A stretch of 64,000 nt of DNA from NCBI GenBank assembly GCA_964016885.1, contig OZ024746.1:71548001-71612000 (forward strand), given 5' to 3'. The notes under the pieces were generated by a model. The model was not told the origin of the DNA. It saw only the letters and a program-made list of their open reading frames with translations, and searched no databases. This stretch comes from Eledone cirrhosa. Lineage: Eukaryota. The stretch's first letter is position 1, and each line of letters starts with the position of its first letter. The position numbers were made by a program, and so were the translations under genes. Shown piece after piece: positions 59,315 through 64,000 of this stretch.

Positions 59315-59615
59315 AATAATTATTTCTACTTTAGGCACAAGGCCAGAAATTACCCCAGTGCATTACTGGTACTTTATTTTATCGACCCCATCAGGATGAA
59401 AGGCAAAGTTAACCTCGGTGGGATTTGAACTCAGCACGTAAAGGGCCATAACTCTATGTTTTCTGATTTAGGCACAAGGCCAGTCATTCTTTGAGGGGTG
59501 GGGGAGTCTATTAAGTCGACTCTAATACGTTACTGATATTTCATCCTATCGACCCCGTAAAGGTGAAAGACAAAGCTAACCTCGGCGAGATTTGAACTCA
59601 GAAAGTAAAGGACGG
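59315..59615 (-). mobile_element. Two tandem truncated SINE family 1 copies
   Basis: Tail and central domain are repeated. Confidence 0.8.
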
Positions 59616-60957
59616 TGTAGAACACTGTAGTATAGTGTGATGTGGTGTGGTGTGTCATTGTGATGTGACGTAGTATTGTGGTATGGTGTGGTATGGTGTT
59701 GTAATGTAATAGGTTGCAACACAGGTTAGTATAGAAGTGTATAGTGTAATGTAGTGTTGTCTAGTGGAGTCGGTAAGGGTAGTTTTTTGTGATAAAGATT
59801 ATCTTGTGAGTTACAGTACTGTGTCGTGTAGTATGGTTCTGTGTAGTGTGGTGATGTGTGGTGATGTATGGTGTGATGTGGTGTTGTGTGGTGTGATGCT
59901 GTGGTGTGGTGTAATGATGTAGTAGATATTATTCTAGTTTGATACGGTCTAATATGGCATGAAGAGCTGTAATACGCTGTTGTGTAGTGGTGAAATACGG
60001 TTTTGTGAAGTATAGTGTTGTGTGGTGTTGTATTGTGTTGTGTGGTGTTGTGTAGTGTTGTATGGTGTTGTGTGTTGTTGTGTGGAATAGTGTCATAGTG
60101 TAGGGGTGTGATAATGTGGTGCGGTGTAATGGTGTAGTAGAGGTTATTCTAGTTTGATACGGTGTAATATGGCGTAGAGAGCTATAGTAGGATGTTGTGT
60201 AGTGAGAGAGTTACGATACAGTGAAATGTTCTGTGGTGTGGTGTGGCGTGGGGATATGGTGCTGTGGTATGGTGGTGTGGTTTGATGCAGGGGTGTGGTA
60301 AAATGTTGTACATCCATAGAGCAGCTTGATGGGTGTTGCAATAAATGCAAGATTAACCGAAGACTTCTTGATAATGAGCTTAATAAAATCACGCCAGCCA
60401 TTATACTGCTAACGACTGTAATGGCCGAGCTGCCTTCTCCCCGTTCCCTAAATACAGTTTCCGTTTGTCATACAACTCCCCCAACACCTCCCAATGCCAA
60501 CACCGACACCATCAATAGCAGTGTCACCACCATCGCTATGGAACTATGTATTAATTTCTGACCCCCGTGCTCCGGTACGATTTAAGGGGCCACCAGACTA
60601 TATGATAATATGGCGGTGTCTTTTACATCCTTCTTGTTAATTTGATGATGAAATCCCGCGAGATGTTTTAAGTGATTATTTTATTGTTGATGATAATATT
60701 GTTGTTGTTGTTAGGTTGTTGATGTTGGTGGGTTGTTCTTGTTAGCGATGGTGGCAGTGGTAGTGGTGGTAATAGTGATTATGGCGGTGAGGATGTTGTC
60801 AGTATGGGCGCTGGAGGTTGTGGTGGAGATGGTGATGGTGCTGGTGTTTGATGTACTGGTCTTTGTGGTGGTGGTGTAGATAGTTGTAGTGTAGGTGATG
60901 TCGATGGTGTAGTCGGTGGTAAGGGTCATGATGATTGGGGAGTAGTGTTCACCGTGA

Positions 60958-61041
<84 letters not shown>

Positions 61042-61100
61042 TAGTAGTAGTAGTAACAGCAGCAGCAGCAGCAGCAGTAGCAGTAGTAGTAGCAGTGGTG

Positions 61101-61185
<85 letters not shown>

Positions 61186-61256
61186 CAGTGGCAGCAGCAA
61201 CAGCAATAGTAGTAGTAGTAGTAGTAGTTGTAGTAGTAGTAGTAGTAGTAGTAATG

Positions 61257-61300
<44 letters not shown>
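60958..61300. repeat. (TAG)n/(CAG)n microsatellite
   Basis: Directly visible. Confidence 0.95.
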
Positions 61301-61301
<1 letters not shown>

Positions 61302-61804
61302 TGAGTAGAGGTGGTGGTGGTGGTAGGAATGGAGTGAATGAGTGTGTGTATATGGAGATCGGAGGTTGAGGGGTGTAGTGTGAGCTGTGAGTGGATGGGG
61401 GGAGGGGAGGATGTATAAGAGATATTCACCCTCATTATATTCTGGATTCTTAAATGTTTACAGCTCACTGAACACGTTCCTCTGAACTATACACACCTAC
61501 AATAACACATAAAGACACACACACACATATATATACACATATATACACATACACGCACACACACACATAAACACACACATGCAAACACACACATATATAT
61601 ATACACATACATGCATACATGCACACAAACACATATGCAAACAGGCATGCACACACACATACACGTGCATATAAACACATTCATTCATCCACACATTCAT
61701 ATTCATTTATATATAAATATGTGTCTGTATATATATATATATATGTGTATGTATATATGTATATATATATATATATGTGTGTATGTATATATGTATATAT
61801 ATAT

Positions 61805-61841
<37 letters not shown>

Positions 61842-61861
61842 TCTATATATCTATATATATA

Positions 61862-61911
<50 letters not shown>

Positions 61912-61949
61912 TATATATATATAGATATATAGATATTTATATATATATT

Positions 61950-61988
<39 letters not shown>

Positions 61989-62111
61989 CTGTGTGTGTGT
62001 GTGTATGCGTGCGCGCGTAAGTATGTATATATTATGTATCTATAATATATATATATATACATACATGCATGCATGCATACATACATATATATATATACGT
62101 ACGTACATACA

Positions 62112-62147
<36 letters not shown>

Positions 62148-62659
62148 CATACATACATACATACATGCATACATACACACATACATACATGCATACATAC
62201 ACACAAACATACACACATACATACATGCATACATACATATATATACATACATACATACATACATGCATACATACACACATACATACATGCATACATACAC
62301 ACAAACATACACACATACATACATACATACATATATATATATACATACATACATACATACATGCATACATACACACATACATACATACATGCATACATAC
62401 ACACATATACATAATTGTTGTAAAAGTGCCAGTTTGGACGGGAAACAAGCATTATATTTAAATCACAAAGAATGCAATGTATGAAGTGGAATTGATTTAT
62501 TTTCCATTTATTGAATTAATGACACTTAACGGACTTGTCTTGGGATCGGATCCAGCCCACGTCATCATTTATCTTCATCATCCCGTGGTCGACATCTCGA
62601 GTAACAATAGAGCTAAGTACGGTATTTCACATCAACGGGTGGAAGAAAATTTCAGTGTT

Positions 62660-63230
62660 ATGATAATTGTTTCTACTTTTGGCACAAGGCCAGCAATTAC
62701 CCAGTACATTACTGGTATATGGTTTCTACTATAGGCACAAGGCCAGTAATTTTGGGGGAGTGGAAATCGTTTAAATTGACCCCAGTGCGTGACTGGTACT
62801 TTATTTTATCGACCCCCGTAAGGATGAAAGGCAAAGTTAACCTCGGCGGGATTTGAACTCAGATCGCAAAGGGACGTAACTACGCTGGAAAGCATGTCCG
62901 ACCATGATGACGATGATAATAATGGTTTCTACTATTGGCACAAGGCTAGCAATTACCCAGTACATTACTGGTATATGGTTTCTACTATAGGCACAAGGCC
63001 AGTAATTTTGGGGGAGTGGAAATCGTTTAAATTGACCCCAGTGCGTGACTGGTACTTTATTTTATCGACCCCCGTAAGGATGAAAGGCAAAGTTAACCTC
63101 GGCGGGATTTGAACTCAGAATGGCAAGGGCCGTAACTCTATGCGTCAAAGCATGGCATCTGACCCTCTACCGATACTGCCAATCCACCGTGGTAACAGTG
63201 TTATGATAGTGTTAAAAAATCAACATAATT

Positions 63231-63270
<40 letters not shown>

Positions 63271-63755
63271 CCCTCATCATTATCAATAGCAACATTATCA
63301 TCAACGACAGTGGATTGGCAATATGGGTTTAGAGTCGGACACCATGCTTTGCAGCATGGAGTTACGGTCTTTTACAGTCCGAGTTCAAATCCCGCCGAGG
63401 TTAACTTTACCTTTCATCCTTACGGGGTCGATAAAATAAAGTACCAGTCACGCACTGGGGTCAATTTAAACGATTTCCACCACCCCAAAATTACTGGCCT
63501 TGTGCCTATAGTAGAAACCATGTACCAGTAATGTACTGGGTAATTGCTGGCCTTGTGCCAATAGTAGAAACCATTATTATCATCGTCATCATGGTCGGAC
63601 ATGCTTTCCAGCGTAGTTACGTCCCTTTGCGATCTGAGTTCAAATCCCGCCGAGGTTAACTTTGCCTTTCATCCTTACGGCGTCGATGAAAATAAAGTAC
63701 CAGTAATGTACTGGGGGTATTTGCTGGCCTTGTGCCAAAAGTAGAAACCATTATT
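62660..63755. mobile_element. Inverted duplication of a composite SINE family 1 array (62660-63190 minus; 63311-63755 plus)
   Basis: Both arms share the same chimeric junction GCATGTCCGACCATGATGACGATGATAATAATGG. The ORF track shows identical MSDHDDDDNN peptides on opposite strands. Confidence 0.88.
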
Positions 63756-64000
63756 ATCATCGTCATCGTTGACATCATCATAATTATTACCATCAGCACC
63801 AGCCGCACCACTGACATCAGCGGTCACCATTACCAACAACAGCGACAACAGCAATATCAGCACCAGTACAGGGTGCTACCACCATCACCAAACCAGCGGC
63901 AGCTTCATCATTACTAGCAGCACCATATTCACCACGGCGGCCACCTCAATCATAAAACCGCCGCCGGTTGTAGTGATGGTGGTGGCGGATAACATGGGGC

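Overview
AT-rich eukaryotic non-coding DNA (intronic or intergenic). The repeat content suggests a coleoid cephalopod such as Octopus; this is inference. I can support no intact host protein-coding gene, and almost all ORFs in the track are microsatellite artefacts. The window is a mosaic of (TA)n/(CA)n/(GA)n/(GGT)n tracts, about 25 copies of a tRNA-derived SINE, a second SINE family, RTE and Tx1/L1 LINE fragments, mariner relics and a Helitron 3' end. The most striking structure is that the islands between (TA)n tracts are 100-500 bp elements from roughly ten largely unrelated families. Many carry a type I hammerhead ribozyme core (C[U/C/A]GANGA...GAAA...UH with base-paired stems and often a palindromic stem III). 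Most are head-to-head fold-back palindromes with the ribozyme duplicated on both strands. One family is physically joined to a Penelope-like (PLE) GIY-YIG endonuclease reading frame (6433-6930, minus), which ties the islands to PLE retroelements. Several families also share an ATTGAGTRC-like motif shortly before the 3' (TA)n junction. Element boundaries are approximate, and ribozyme folds were read by eye and not computed.
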